Shown: piece after piece, positions 28,124 through 37,755 of the stretch
Layout: every line of letters starts with the position of its first letter
Numbering within the stretch: the stretch's first letter is position 1
From: an uncultured Bacteroides sp.
Lineage (GTDB): Bacteria; Bacteroidota; Bacteroidia; Bacteroidales; Bacteroidaceae
Reading direction: 5' to 3'
NCBI GenBank assembly: GCA_949296415.1
Contig: CASFQC010000002.1
Coordinates: 23,817 to 87,816 of the forward strand
Length of the DNA: 64,000 nucleotides
Notes under the pieces: model-generated
Database searches by the model: none
Told to the model about the DNA's origin: nothing
Seen by the model: only the letters and a program-made list of their open reading frames with translations
Made by a program: the position numbers and the translations under genes

Positions 28124-29028
28124 TTCAATCCTGTATTTATTGGCTTAAGCTGCCTGTCCAGCAATGTCAATGTCTGCTTTTGGGCATCGTAAAGGAAGTT
28201 ATAGGCGTCTTTGCCGTTGTCTGTCACCAGTTGCCATACTACAGCATCGGGATCGGTGGGGATTCCACGCTGGGTATATCGTCTGCCCATATGATTGTAA
28301 ACAGCGTCCTTCCCGTCTTCCGCTTCAAGATAAGTCATGCGCAACAGGAAGTGCCCGTCTCCGCTATGTTCCCGATGGCGGATGTGGAGCTGGTATTTTA
28401 TGCCAGGACAATCGGCGGCAGGCAGAATGCCTTCGTAGCGGAGGTCTTGCCATGCGCCCAGTTGGGGGTTATTGTCGCTCTGACACTGTTTGGATATAAG
28501 TTTTCCGCGTTGGCTCACAGTCCAGCAATTGTCCATATACCGGACATTCTTGGTGTCGTCATCCTCTACGTTCCATACATGCTTTCCGGACGGCAGGGTC
28601 CGTCGCTCCAGCACCTCCTTGGTACAGCTTCCCGGCATGAAAAGTTCGGCTTCCAATGAGTCTTCTGTAAAGCGGATATATATGGCGTCGGCGTTCTCCT
28701 TCACAGCTTCAGTCCGGATGCCCTCGTTGAAGAATCGGGCATAATCGTCTGTCGGAGCCTTGGAAACGGTGGCAAGGCTTTTAGCTTCCATGCCCGGTAC
28801 ATATTTTCCTGCAAAACATACTTCTATCGAGTCGCCCACAAGCAATCCTTTCAGTGCTGTCTTGTCTGAATTCATGGTGCTAAAGGACAGTGTGTCATTG
28901 CCGGCCGTGATTATCGTGACCGTATTCATGGTTGCGTCCATGACCATACCTTTCAGAATTTCATTCTCGTGTGTAGCATGGCAACTTGCCAATAAGAGAC
29001 AACTTGCCAAAAAAGTCCGTGTCTTCAT
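28099..29028 (-). CDS. Lipoprotein with C-terminal NlpE-N (CutF-like) domain
   Basis: MKTRTFLASCLLLASC lipobox; N-terminal DATMNTVT..GDSIEV module; YEGILPAADCPGI and LNYTLK NlpE-like motifs; start ATG 29028. Confidence 0.8.
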   Translation of the reverse strand: MKTRTFLASCLLLASCHATHENEILKGMVMDATMNTVTIITAGNDTLSFSTMNSDKTALKGLLVGDSIEVCFAGKYVPGMEAKSLATVSKAPTDDYARFFNEGIRTEAVKENADAIYIRFTEDSLEAELFMPGSCTKEVLERRTLPSGKHVWNVEDDDTKNVRYMDNCWTVSQRGKLISKQCQSDNNPQLGAWQDLRYEGILPAADCPGIKYQLHIRHREHSGDGHFLLRMTYLEAEDGKDAVYNHMGRRYTQRGIPTDPDAVVWQLVTDNGKDAYNFLYDAQKQTLTLLDRQLKPINTGLNYTLKEVD

Positions 29029-29395
29029 CTGTTTTACTTTTATGGTTTGAAAAAAATCCTGTGTTTTGGAAGGAATCGCCTCTATCCGATGACAGAAATA
29101 ATGAAAGGCGAGTGACGCGACGGGGGAAACAACGCTTCCAGACGTCATGGCCGAGCCGCATCCCGTCTTTGTATGGCAAAAATAGTGATTTCTTGCGATA
29201 ATCTCCTGTATGCTGATGATTTTCTATGTTTTATGAACTGGTTCTCGACTGCTGATGTCGGTCCGGCAGGAATGTCAATCAGACATTCTGTATTTCTTTG
29301 ATACGGAAAGTCACGTTTTTCCGCCATTCGGATTCTCTGTCGGGGAAAAACTGTATGAATTCATGCCATTTCATGTACTAAAACTGTGACATGTG

Positions 29396-29457
29396 ACAAA
29401 ATTGCTATTTTTTGGTACGATTTTACAAGTTATTTTCGTTCGCACGGCTTATTTTTG
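29396..29457 (+). promoter_or_regulatory. Orphan promoter with 21-bp-spaced direct repeat
   Basis: ACAAAATTGCTA (29396) and ACGATTTTACAA (29417) upstream of TATTTTTG (29450-29457). Confidence 0.4.
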
Positions 29458-30125
29458 CTCCCATAAAATTTTTCAGGCCGCTTGTTTGTGGCGGTTTGAG
29501 CCTACTGTATGATACGGATTTCGGAAGCAGGTGACGCAAACCTTCTCCTTCCGCATGCTTCACAAACACTTGATTCCATATAATGCCCCGTTATTGAATG
29601 TAACGGGAGCGAGCCTGTCGCACGGACCGGTGCCGCAGATACGGGCAGCCGCATGGCGGTGGGCCGGTTCGGGGCGAAAGGAAAGGGACGGAATGCCCGC
29701 GTGATGCCGGTGTCCGGCCGCTTCTGTGAGGACAAAGTCTGGTTAGGGATAGGCTTGCCGGATGCATGGTGGGAACCGGAGGACGGCTCTCACACAGAGC
29801 AAGACTGGCAGTGGCAGAAAGCGGCACGGGCTCGGTGCCGAAAAACTGGAAAAGTTGAAAAAGGTTAATATATGTGTAAGGTTAAAGAAGCTCTCGCTTT
29901 CTCAGGAAGCGTTAAGGGATATTAAGGCCGGTAGGTCCGGCTTGGTGCAGTGATGCAGTGAGTCTCGGTCTTGACATTCTGTTTCTTGAGGGTGAAAGAC
30001 TTCTTTACCTTTTTTATTTTTTTATGAGACTCTTGTTCGAAGTTTGCAATTTATTCCTATATTTGCAGCGTTGTATCCGCCTTCCGGATTTGACTTACTT
30101 TTAAAACAATATACCTTTTTATCAT

Positions 30126-31595
30126 ATGACGAAGAAAGAATATATAGGCCTTTGTGCCGTAGCCCTGCTTATGACCCAAGGCCGTGTGCAGGCTGCTGCG
30201 GTGGAAGCTTTGCCCAGTGACAATACCCGCGTGGTAAGCCTTGAGGATGCCCAGAGCTATAAGAGCAACCGCCCGCCGGTGAAGAAACGCCTCTTCACGT
30301 CCAAGGCGGTGGAAGCCGAAATCCTCCGGGTGAAGAAACTGCTGACCAACGCCAAACTGTCGTGGATGTTCGAGAACTGCTTCCCCAATACGCTGGACAC
30401 CACCGTACATTTCCGTGAGCTTGACGGCAAGCCCGACACCTTTGTCTACACCGGCGACATCCACGCCATGTGGCTGCGTGACTCCGGAGCGCAGGTATGG
30501 CCTTATGTGCAGTTGGCCAATCAGGATCCTGAGCTGAAGAGACTCATTGAAGGCGTGATACGCCGCCAGTTCCTGTGCATCAACATCGATCCCTATGCCA
30601 ACGGATACAATGACGGTCCGGTGGAAGACAATCCCTGGGCCAGCGACCAGACCGACATGAAGCCCGAACTGCACGAACGCAAGTGGGAGATAGACTCGCT
30701 CTGCTATCCCATCCGTCTGGCCTATGAATACTGGAAGGTGACGGGCGATGCCGGCGTGTTCGACGAAGACTGGCTTCAGGCCATGCGCAACGTGCTGAAG
30801 ACCTTCAAGGAACAGCAGCGCAAGGACGGCACCACTCCCTATACCTTTATGCGCAAGACCGAACGCGCGCTCGACACCCTGAACAACAACGGACTGGGTG
30901 CTCCGGTGAATCCGGTGGGACTCATCGTCTCCTGCTTCCGTCCGTCGGACGACGCCACCACATTCCAGTTCCTTGTGCCCTCCAACTTCTTCGCCGTGAC
31001 TTCCCTGCGGAAGGCCGCCGAGATTCTGACGGAGGTGAACGGGGAAAAGGCCTTGGCCGCCGAATGTACCGCCCTGGCCGCTGAGGTGGAGACCGCCCTG
31101 AAGAAATACGCCACGTACAACCATCCCGAATTCGGCACCATCTATGCCTTCGAGGTGGACGGCTTCGGCAACCATATGCTGATGGACGACGCCAATGTGC
31201 CCAGCCTGCTGGCCATGCCCTATCTGGGCGACGTGCCGGTGGACGACCCCATCTATCAGAACACCCGCCGCTTTGTGTGGAGCGAGAGCAATCCATACTT
31301 CTTCCGTGGCAAGGCCGGTGAGGGCATAGGCGGCCCCCACATAGGCTATGACATGGTGTGGCCCATGAGCATCATGATGAAGGCGTTCACCAGCACCGAT
31401 GACGAAGAGATAAAGACCTGCATCCGCATGCTGATGGACACCGACGCCGGTACGGGATTCATGCATGAGTCCTTCCATAAGGATGACCCCACCAATTTCA
31501 CCCGTCCGTGGTTCGCCTGGCAGAACACGCTGTTCGGCGAGCTTATCCTGAAACTGGTCAATGAGGGTAAGGTTGACTTGCTCAACAGCCTGTAG
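30126..31595 (+). CDS. GH125 exo-alpha-1,6-mannosidase-like glycoside hydrolase
   Basis: NCFPNTLDTT, TGDIHAMWLRDS, IDPYAN, ERKWEIDSL, FRPSDD, MDDANVPSLL, MHESF, FTRPWFAWQN; TATATTTG at about 30058. Confidence 0.93.
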   Translation: MTKKEYIGLCAVALLMTQGRVQAAAVEALPSDNTRVVSLEDAQSYKSNRPPVKKRLFTSKAVEAEILRVKKLLTNAKLSWMFENCFPNTLDTTVHFRELDGKPDTFVYTGDIHAMWLRDSGAQVWPYVQLANQDPELKRLIEGVIRRQFLCINIDPYANGYNDGPVEDNPWASDQTDMKPELHERKWEIDSLCYPIRLAYEYWKVTGDAGVFDEDWLQAMRNVLKTFKEQQRKDGTTPYTFMRKTERALDTLNNNGLGAPVNPVGLIVSCFRPSDDATTFQFLVPSNFFAVTSLRKAAEILTEVNGEKALAAECTALAAEVETALKKYATYNHPEFGTIYAFEVDGFGNHMLMDDANVPSLLAMPYLGDVPVDDPIYQNTRRFVWSESNPYFFRGKAGEGIGGPHIGYDMVWPMSIMMKAFTSTDDEEIKTCIRMLMDTDAGTGFMHESFHKDDPTNFTRPWFAWQNTLFGELILKLVNEGKVDLLNSL

Positions 31596-31865
31596 ACACA
31601 TACCGGTCCTGGCGGCGCATTCATCGGAACGCGCTGCCAAGACCTTTGCCTGACATCTCTCCGTGTCCGCTCACGGATGCAGTGGGGAAAATGCCGTACT
31701 TGATGTGATTGGGAGTGGTTCCTGCCCTCGCGTTTGGGGATGCTGGAGAGCCGATGCCATTTCGCATAGCTTTATTATATAAAGTCTCTGCCAAAAGTTA
31801 AGTGTAGTTAAACCTGAGAATCTTGAAAACAATTATCATAAAATATTAACCCTATAAAAAACAAG

Positions 31866-31907
31866 ATGCTTATGAAACATGAATGCAGAAAGACCTTTAT
31901 CTTTTAA
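31866..31907 (+). other. Putative leader peptide (MLMKHECRKTFIF) upstream of the SusC-like gene
   Basis: A-rich initiation context (ataaaaaacaagATG), stop TAA, then an AGAGG/CCTCT hairpin and T-run. Confidence 0.35.
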
Positions 31908-32043
31908 GAGGCAAGTTCGTCCTCTCTTTTATCACCTGGCGCGGCGGAACGTGCCGGAAGTGATATTCAATCAGACGATGGGACACACAGCATAAGGATG
32001 TGTTCTGTTTACCTTACTAAATTTAAAATACTTGATGAGTGAA

Positions 32044-35000
32044 ATGAAGAGATTTTGTTTATTGCTATTTTGTTTTTTGGCTACAATGGCCTACGCGCAG
32101 GACGTGACCATCACGGGGCGCGTGACCGACAAAGCCAATGAACCCTTGATAGGGGTGAACATTAAAGTGAAAGGTACCGATTCTGGCGTGATAACCGACT
32201 TGGACGGAAAATTCTCGCTGAAGGCACCGAAGAACTCCGTGCTGGTGTTCTCATACGTAGGTATGCTCCAGCAGGAGGTGGAATATAAAGGCCAGCCATT
32301 GAATGTGGTCATGGAGGACGACGCCCAGATGCTGGACGACGTGGTGGTCATAGGTTACGGTTCGGTGCGCAAGAAAGACCTTACCGGTGCCGTGGTACAG
32401 ATACGTCCCGACAAGCTGCAGAACGAGAACCCCAAGACTGTGCAGGACGTGCTTCGCGGCACGCCCGGTCTGACCGTTGGTTCTGACTTCTCGGCCAAGG
32501 GAGGCGGCGAGCTGCGCATACGTGGCGAGCACTCCCTCTACAGCGACGGCGGACACCACAATCCGCTTATCGTGCTCGACGGCATGCTGTTCTACGGAGA
32601 GTTCTCCGAAATCAATCCCGAAGACATCGCCCAGATTGACATATTGAAAGACGCCTCCGCCGCAGCCATATACGGTTCGAAGGCATCGGCCGGTGTCATC
32701 ATTGTTACCACCAAGAAAGGTAAGACCGGCAAGCCGACGGTGAACTTCACCGCCAATGTAGGTTTCGTCACCTTGGGCAAATACCGCGAGCGCATGACGC
32801 CGTCGCAGTATCTGCGCCACCGTCAGGACTGGCTGGAGACCACCGCCACCTACGGCTATGACGAGAACGGCAATTACGGTGCCTACAACAGCGGCGTGTA
32901 TGCCAACCAGCCCGGCTACTACGCCCGTCCGGACCAGCTGCCCGACGGCGTGTCACTGGACCAGTGGAGAGGCTACACCACCAATGACCCCGACGCTTCC
33001 GACGACGAGATCTGGGCACGCCGCCTCGGCTTCATGGGCAATGCGCTGGAGAACTACCTGGCCGGCCGCACCAACGACTGGGACGACATTTCCCATCGTA
33101 CCGGTTTCAACCAGGACTATACGGCCAGCATAAGCGGTGCTACAGACCGTGTGAACTACTACCTGTCCATAGGATGGCTGAGCACACAGAACGTGACCCG
33201 CGACGATGACTACCGTGCCGTACGCTCCAACATGAAAATTGACGCCAAGGTGACCGACTGGTTCTCCGTAGGCGCCAACGTCAACTTCCAGGACCGTTCC
33301 GACGGCCACGTGGACATGGACGATGACCAGAACATGCGTAACAGCCCCTACGCCGACTACCGGGACGCCGACGGCAACTACGTGCAGTATCCCTTGAGCG
33401 GTGACTACAGCCAACGCGGATACAACTACGACTTCGTGAAGCAGTACTACGAACTGTCCAAAGGCTACACCGTGCTGAACAGCATCTTCAATGCCAAGGT
33501 GACGTTGCCCTTCAACATCACCTATCAGTTCAATATTTCCCCACGTTTCCAGTGGTTCTACGACAAGTACTTCATGTCCGCCGAACTGCCGGGAAGCAAC
33601 CCCAACGACAAGGGTGTGAACCGCCAGAATGACAAGAAGTTTGACTGGTCGCTGAACAACACCATCACGTGGGACTATACCTTCAACAAGAAGCACCACG
33701 TTACCCTGACCTTTGTGCAGGAGGCCGAGGAGCAACAATCCTGGAGCGACGTCATCAACGCCCGCAACATCCAGCCTTCCGATGCCCTGGGCTTCCACAA
33801 CACGCAGAACGGTTCGAAAGAGGCCAGCTCGTGGTCTACAAACGACTCCCATCAGACGGCTACCGGTATGCTGTTCCGTGCCTTCTACGGCTACGACGAC
33901 CGCTACCTCATCACAGCCTCTGTACGTCGTGACGGTTATTCCGGCTTCGGTGAGAACAACAAATACGCCACCTTCCCCTCGGTCAGCGTGGCCTGGAACT
34001 TCACCAACGAGGACTTCTTCAATTGGGAACCTATGAGCCGAGGCAAGCTGCGCCTGTCGTTCGGACAGAACGGTAACCGTTCGCTGGCCAATCCTTACAT
34101 GGCACTGGCCAACCTCTATCCCGGAGGCGGCAAGATGCAGGGCTATCTGGACAAATCGGGCAACCTGGTGCTGATGCGTTACCTCATGGTAGAGCGCATG
34201 GCCAATCCCAACCTGAAGTGGGAACGCACCCAGTCGTGGAACGTGGGTCTGGACTTCGGATTCTTCAACGACCGCCTGACCGGTACGGTTGAATACTACA
34301 ACATGCAGACCCGTGACATGATCATGAACGAGCGTCTGCCGGGATTCTCCGGATTCGACAACATCACCACCAACTTGGGACAGGTGGACAACACCGGTTT
34401 CGAAATCTCGCTCAGCTCGCTCAACATGAATCGCGAGAACTTCCAGTGGACCACCACCTTCAGCCTGTCCTACAACAAGAACCGCATCCGTCACCTGAAC
34501 GGCGATATGGAGGATATCCTGGACGCCAACGGTAACGTAATAGGCCAGAAAGAGGCTGACGACATAAACAACGGATGGTTCATAGACCGCCCCATGGGCA
34601 CCATATGGGATTATGAAGTGACCGGCATATGGCAGCTGGACGAGGCCGCCGAGGCACAGAAGTACGGACAGCGTCCCGGTGACCCGAAAGTGGCCAACCA
34701 CTATACGGCAGACGACATCGTGAATGCCGACGGTACCGTAACTCCCGTCTACAACGACAACGACAAGGTGTTCCTGGGTCAGACAAGGGCTCCGGTCAAC
34801 TGGTCGCTGCGCAATGACTTCACCATCTTCAAGAACCTGGACTTCTCCTTCAACCTCTACTCCTTCATGGGACACAAGAGCCTGGAAAACATGTACCTGA
34901 ACAACGATGACGACGGCGGCCGCATGACTTACGCCATGGCCAACCTGCAGAACAAGGAGTACTGGACCATAGACAACCCGACCAACGACTACGCCCGCAT

Positions 35001-35262
35001 CGGCGCCAAAGGTCCTGTGGGCGCGGAAGGTGCACGGATGCTCTATAACCGCTCGTTCATCCGTCTGGACAACATCTCTCTGGGCTACACATTCCCCGAA
35101 GAGTGGACCAAACGTTTCCAGATAGAACGGCTGAAGGTATTTGCTTCCATACGCAACGTGGCCGTATGGGCCATGGACGGAAAACTGAAGTACTACGGCG
35201 ACCCCGAGAATCTCGGCACAGCCAACCGCACGTACTCGCTGGGATTAAACATGGTATTCTAA
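32044..35262 (+). CDS. SusC/RagA-family TonB-dependent transporter
   Basis: ITDLDGKF, DDVVVIGYG, DLTGAV, INPEDI..IDILKDASAAAIYGSKASAGVIIVTTKKG, NPNLKWERT, C-terminal GLNMVF. Confidence 0.97.
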   Translation: MKRFCLLLFCFLATMAYAQDVTITGRVTDKANEPLIGVNIKVKGTDSGVITDLDGKFSLKAPKNSVLVFSYVGMLQQEVEYKGQPLNVVMEDDAQMLDDVVVIGYGSVRKKDLTGAVVQIRPDKLQNENPKTVQDVLRGTPGLTVGSDFSAKGGGELRIRGEHSLYSDGGHHNPLIVLDGMLFYGEFSEINPEDIAQIDILKDASAAAIYGSKASAGVIIVTTKKGKTGKPTVNFTANVGFVTLGKYRERMTPSQYLRHRQDWLETTATYGYDENGNYGAYNSGVYANQPGYYARPDQLPDGVSLDQWRGYTTNDPDASDDEIWARRLGFMGNALENYLAGRTNDWDDISHRTGFNQDYTASISGATDRVNYYLSIGWLSTQNVTRDDDYRAVRSNMKIDAKVTDWFSVGANVNFQDRSDGHVDMDDDQNMRNSPYADYRDADGNYVQYPLSGDYSQRGYNYDFVKQYYELSKGYTVLNSIFNAKVTLPFNITYQFNISPRFQWFYDKYFMSAELPGSNPNDKGVNRQNDKKFDWSLNNTITWDYTFNKKHHVTLTFVQEAEEQQSWSDVINARNIQPSDALGFHNTQNGSKEASSWSTNDSHQTATGMLFRAFYGYDDRYLITASVRRDGYSGFGENNKYATFPSVSVAWNFTNEDFFNWEPMSRGKLRLSFGQNGNRSLANPYMALANLYPGGGKMQGYLDKSGNLVLMRYLMVERMANPNLKWERTQSWNVGLDFGFFNDRLTGTVEYYNMQTRDMIMNERLPGFSGFDNITTNLGQVDNTGFEISLSSLNMNRENFQWTTTFSLSYNKNRIRHLNGDMEDILDANGNVIGQKEADDINNGWFIDRPMGTIWDYEVTGIWQLDEAAEAQKYGQRPGDPKVANHYTADDIVNADGTVTPVYNDNDKVFLGQTRAPVNWSLRNDFTIFKNLDFSFNLYSFMGHKSLENMYLNNDDDGGRMTYAMANLQNKEYWTIDNPTNDYARIGAKGPVGAEGARMLYNRSFIRLDNISLGYTFPEEWTKRFQIERLKVFASIRNVAVWAMDGKLKYYGDPENLGTANRTYSLGLNMVF

Positions 35263-35286
35263 ACTCTATTTAAACAGACATTGACT

Positions 35287-37374
35287 ATGAAACATATGAA
35301 TCGAAACTTTTTCAGCGGCATAGGTGTCACCTTGCTGAGTGGTGCCTTGCTGACGAGCAGCTGCTCCGACTTTCTCGATCCGGATCCCCAGTCTTTCTTC
35401 GAGCCTGAGGCCACTTTCTCCACCGAGTCGGGACTGCAGTCGGTGCTGGCCATTGCCGACCGTCACCTCAAACTGTATTACGCCACCGACAGTAACGAGA
35501 TGCTCCGCATGGGTACGGAGTTCATGTTCTCCGAAATGATGGTGGCCGCCGCAACCGATAAGATCGACATGATGTGCGATGTGGCCCACCAGCTCACGCC
35601 CACCAGCGATGACGGCACGCAGGACAACCTGAACCGCACGAACAGTATCTGGTATTTCTGGGACGAGGGCTATCAGGGTGTGACTTACCCCAACACCATC
35701 CTGCAATACATTGACCAGGTGGAGGGACTGGACGAACAGACGCTGAACGAATACAAGGGCCGCGCCTACTTCCACCGCGCCTTCCGCTACATGCATCTCA
35801 TGTTCCAGTTCGGCACCATACCTCTGGTGACCAAGATTCCTTCCGTGCCCAAACAGAACTTCCGCAGCATTACGCAGGATGCCCTGCTGGATATGCTTTG
35901 CCAGGATATGGAGTTTGCCGTACAGTGGGTGCCTGACCAAAGTGATATGGACTACATCGGCATGGTGAACAAAGGTGCCTGCCGCATGTTGCTGGCCAAG
36001 GTCTACCTGGCTTTAGGCCGTTGGAAAGACGCGCAAGACCAGTGCGACATCCTCATCAAGCAGTATCCGCTGATGCTGAATACGTTCGGAACCTTCAACG
36101 AAGGTAATGAGCCGGAGACCTGGCCCATCACACGCAATGTCATCTGGGACTTGCACCGTCCGGAGAACAAGCTGATTGCCGCCAACACCGAGACCATCAT
36201 GGGCATGCCCAACCGAGGTTCGGATGACGAGTCGTTCGTGAAAATGCTGACCATGCGCATCCTTTACCCGTTCTATTTCGATACGAAGGTGATGGCACCC
36301 AACGGCAAGCAGGCTTTGAGGAACATCAAACGTAACGATGCCAACTATGACCCGCAGTATGACTACATGCGTGCCTTCGGCCGTGGCGTATCCACCTGGC
36401 GTCCTACCTACTGGAGCACACACTCGCTCTGGGGACTCTATGAGAACAACGACAAGGTAAACGGACGCTTCTTGGGCGAAGACCCCACCGACCTGCGTCA
36501 CAGCTCAGCTGTGGGCAACTGGATACGCATGGAGGACATAAAGTACAACAACTACGAGCTTAAGACAGCCGAAGCCGACGGTACCGTATGGTACGGACAG
36601 AACCTGCGCCTGTGGGCCGACAGAGACGGTGACGGCAATCTGGACCTGCTTTGCGGCGACACCATCCGCCGCTGGTATGACGTGCCCCACTATAAGTTCT
36701 GCCTGGCAGACCCCGTCAATGAGGCCAACATCAGCGGGTCTGATGGACTTCGTGGCGCTACGGACGGCGGAAACGCCGACTGGTATCTCTACCGCTCCGC
36801 CGAAGCCTACCTGCTCCGTGCCGAGGCCAAGTACTACCAGAACCCCAACGATCCGACCATTGCCGACGACCTGAACGCCATCCGCCAACGCGCACAGTGC
36901 ACGCAACTCTACACTGCTCCCTGCACCATAGGCGACATCATGGACGAGCGTGCCCGCGAGCTGTACTGGGAAGAGTTCCGCAACGTGGAGCTGAAGCGCG
37001 TGTCGCGCTGTCTGGCCCTGAGCGGACAGCCTGACGAGTGGGGCAACACCTACGACATCAACACCTATGACAAGCAGAGCGGAACCGACGCGCAGGGCGG
37101 AAGCTACTGGTACCAGCGTCTGGTGCACTACAGCATGTACAATCAGGTGGAATATGGCAACAGCGACCCCATACAGATAGACTGCACGGGTAACACCAAC
37201 CCCGTCTACACTATGGACAAGAAGAACATGTACTGGCCTATCCCGTATGTCGCCATTTCGGGCAACAAGAACGGCCAGCTGTTCCAGAACTACGGCTACG
37301 ATGGCTATGATCCCAACATCCCCGTATGGGACAACTGGCAGGATGCCGTGGCCGATGAGGACAATGCCGGATAA
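35287..37374 (+). CDS. SusD/RagB-family surface glycan-binding lipoprotein
   Basis: Lipobox TSSC-SDFLD, AYFHRAFRY, LLAKVYL, YRSAEAYLLRAEA, LNAIRQRA, IMDERARELYWE, YWPIP. Confidence 0.95.
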   Translation: MKHMNRNFFSGIGVTLLSGALLTSSCSDFLDPDPQSFFEPEATFSTESGLQSVLAIADRHLKLYYATDSNEMLRMGTEFMFSEMMVAAATDKIDMMCDVAHQLTPTSDDGTQDNLNRTNSIWYFWDEGYQGVTYPNTILQYIDQVEGLDEQTLNEYKGRAYFHRAFRYMHLMFQFGTIPLVTKIPSVPKQNFRSITQDALLDMLCQDMEFAVQWVPDQSDMDYIGMVNKGACRMLLAKVYLALGRWKDAQDQCDILIKQYPLMLNTFGTFNEGNEPETWPITRNVIWDLHRPENKLIAANTETIMGMPNRGSDDESFVKMLTMRILYPFYFDTKVMAPNGKQALRNIKRNDANYDPQYDYMRAFGRGVSTWRPTYWSTHSLWGLYENNDKVNGRFLGEDPTDLRHSSAVGNWIRMEDIKYNNYELKTAEADGTVWYGQNLRLWADRDGDGNLDLLCGDTIRRWYDVPHYKFCLADPVNEANISGSDGLRGATDGGNADWYLYRSAEAYLLRAEAKYYQNPNDPTIADDLNAIRQRAQCTQLYTAPCTIGDIMDERARELYWEEFRNVELKRVSRCLALSGQPDEWGNTYDINTYDKQSGTDAQGGSYWYQRLVHYSMYNQVEYGNSDPIQIDCTGNTNPVYTMDKKNMYWPIPYVAISGNKNGQLFQNYGYDGYDPNIPVWDNWQDAVADEDNAG

Positions 37375-37402
37375 CACATCCCGTAAGCCTTCATACTGAC
37401 CG

Positions 37403-37451
37403 AAAGGCCGGAATCCCATCCGAAAAAGGAAAGGCGGTTCCGGCCTTTTTT
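37403..37451 (+). terminator. Intrinsic terminator after the SusD gene
   Basis: AAAGGCCGGAA...TTCCGGCCTTTTTT. Confidence 0.75.
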
Positions 37452-37506
37452 GTGCCTGCTTCCTGCCGTTGCGGAAGTCCTTTCCGGCTTGCGGCAGGCC
37501 ACTCCG

Positions 37507-37594
37507 GTGCGGACCTGTCCGCAGCTTCCTGCGGACGGATTCGCAGCCCGGTGTGTGTGGGTCCGCAGGACGGTGTGAGTCCGTCCGCAGGAAC
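37507..37594. repeat. 22-bp-period degenerate tandem array, family B
   Basis: gtgcggacctgtccgcagcttc / ctgcggacggattcgcagcccg / gtgtgtgtgggtccgcaggacg / gtgtgagtccgtccgcaggaac; the last unit shares 18 identical bp with 11567. Confidence 0.8.
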
Positions 37595-37755
37595 CCCTTT
37601 TCCCATAACTGTCCGGAAAGGGAACTTTATGGATGGAAAACCTCCTTTTCAGGAACTTTTTCCGGCCTGCATTTGCATATGTCAGGATAAATGCGGATTT
37701 TTGTCTTATCGGAAACGGAATCATACGAACCTTTAAACCATAGGAAATAACCTTT

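Noticed and set aside
29660-29820. Faint resemblance to a cobalamin riboswitch (aaggga...ccgcttctgtga)
   Set aside because: The core GGGAA/CGGTG-AA-TCCG elements and B12 box are not matched, and the downstream gene is a glycosidase. An Infernal hit would be needed.
32953-34875. Long antisense ORFs in the track (e.g. 32953-34875, 38978-41176, 24099-25934, 30057-31640, 57122-58699, 3958-5529)
   Set aside because: They shadow well-supported genes on the opposite strand. GC-rich third-position codon bias suppresses antisense stops, and the translations carry no recognisable motifs.
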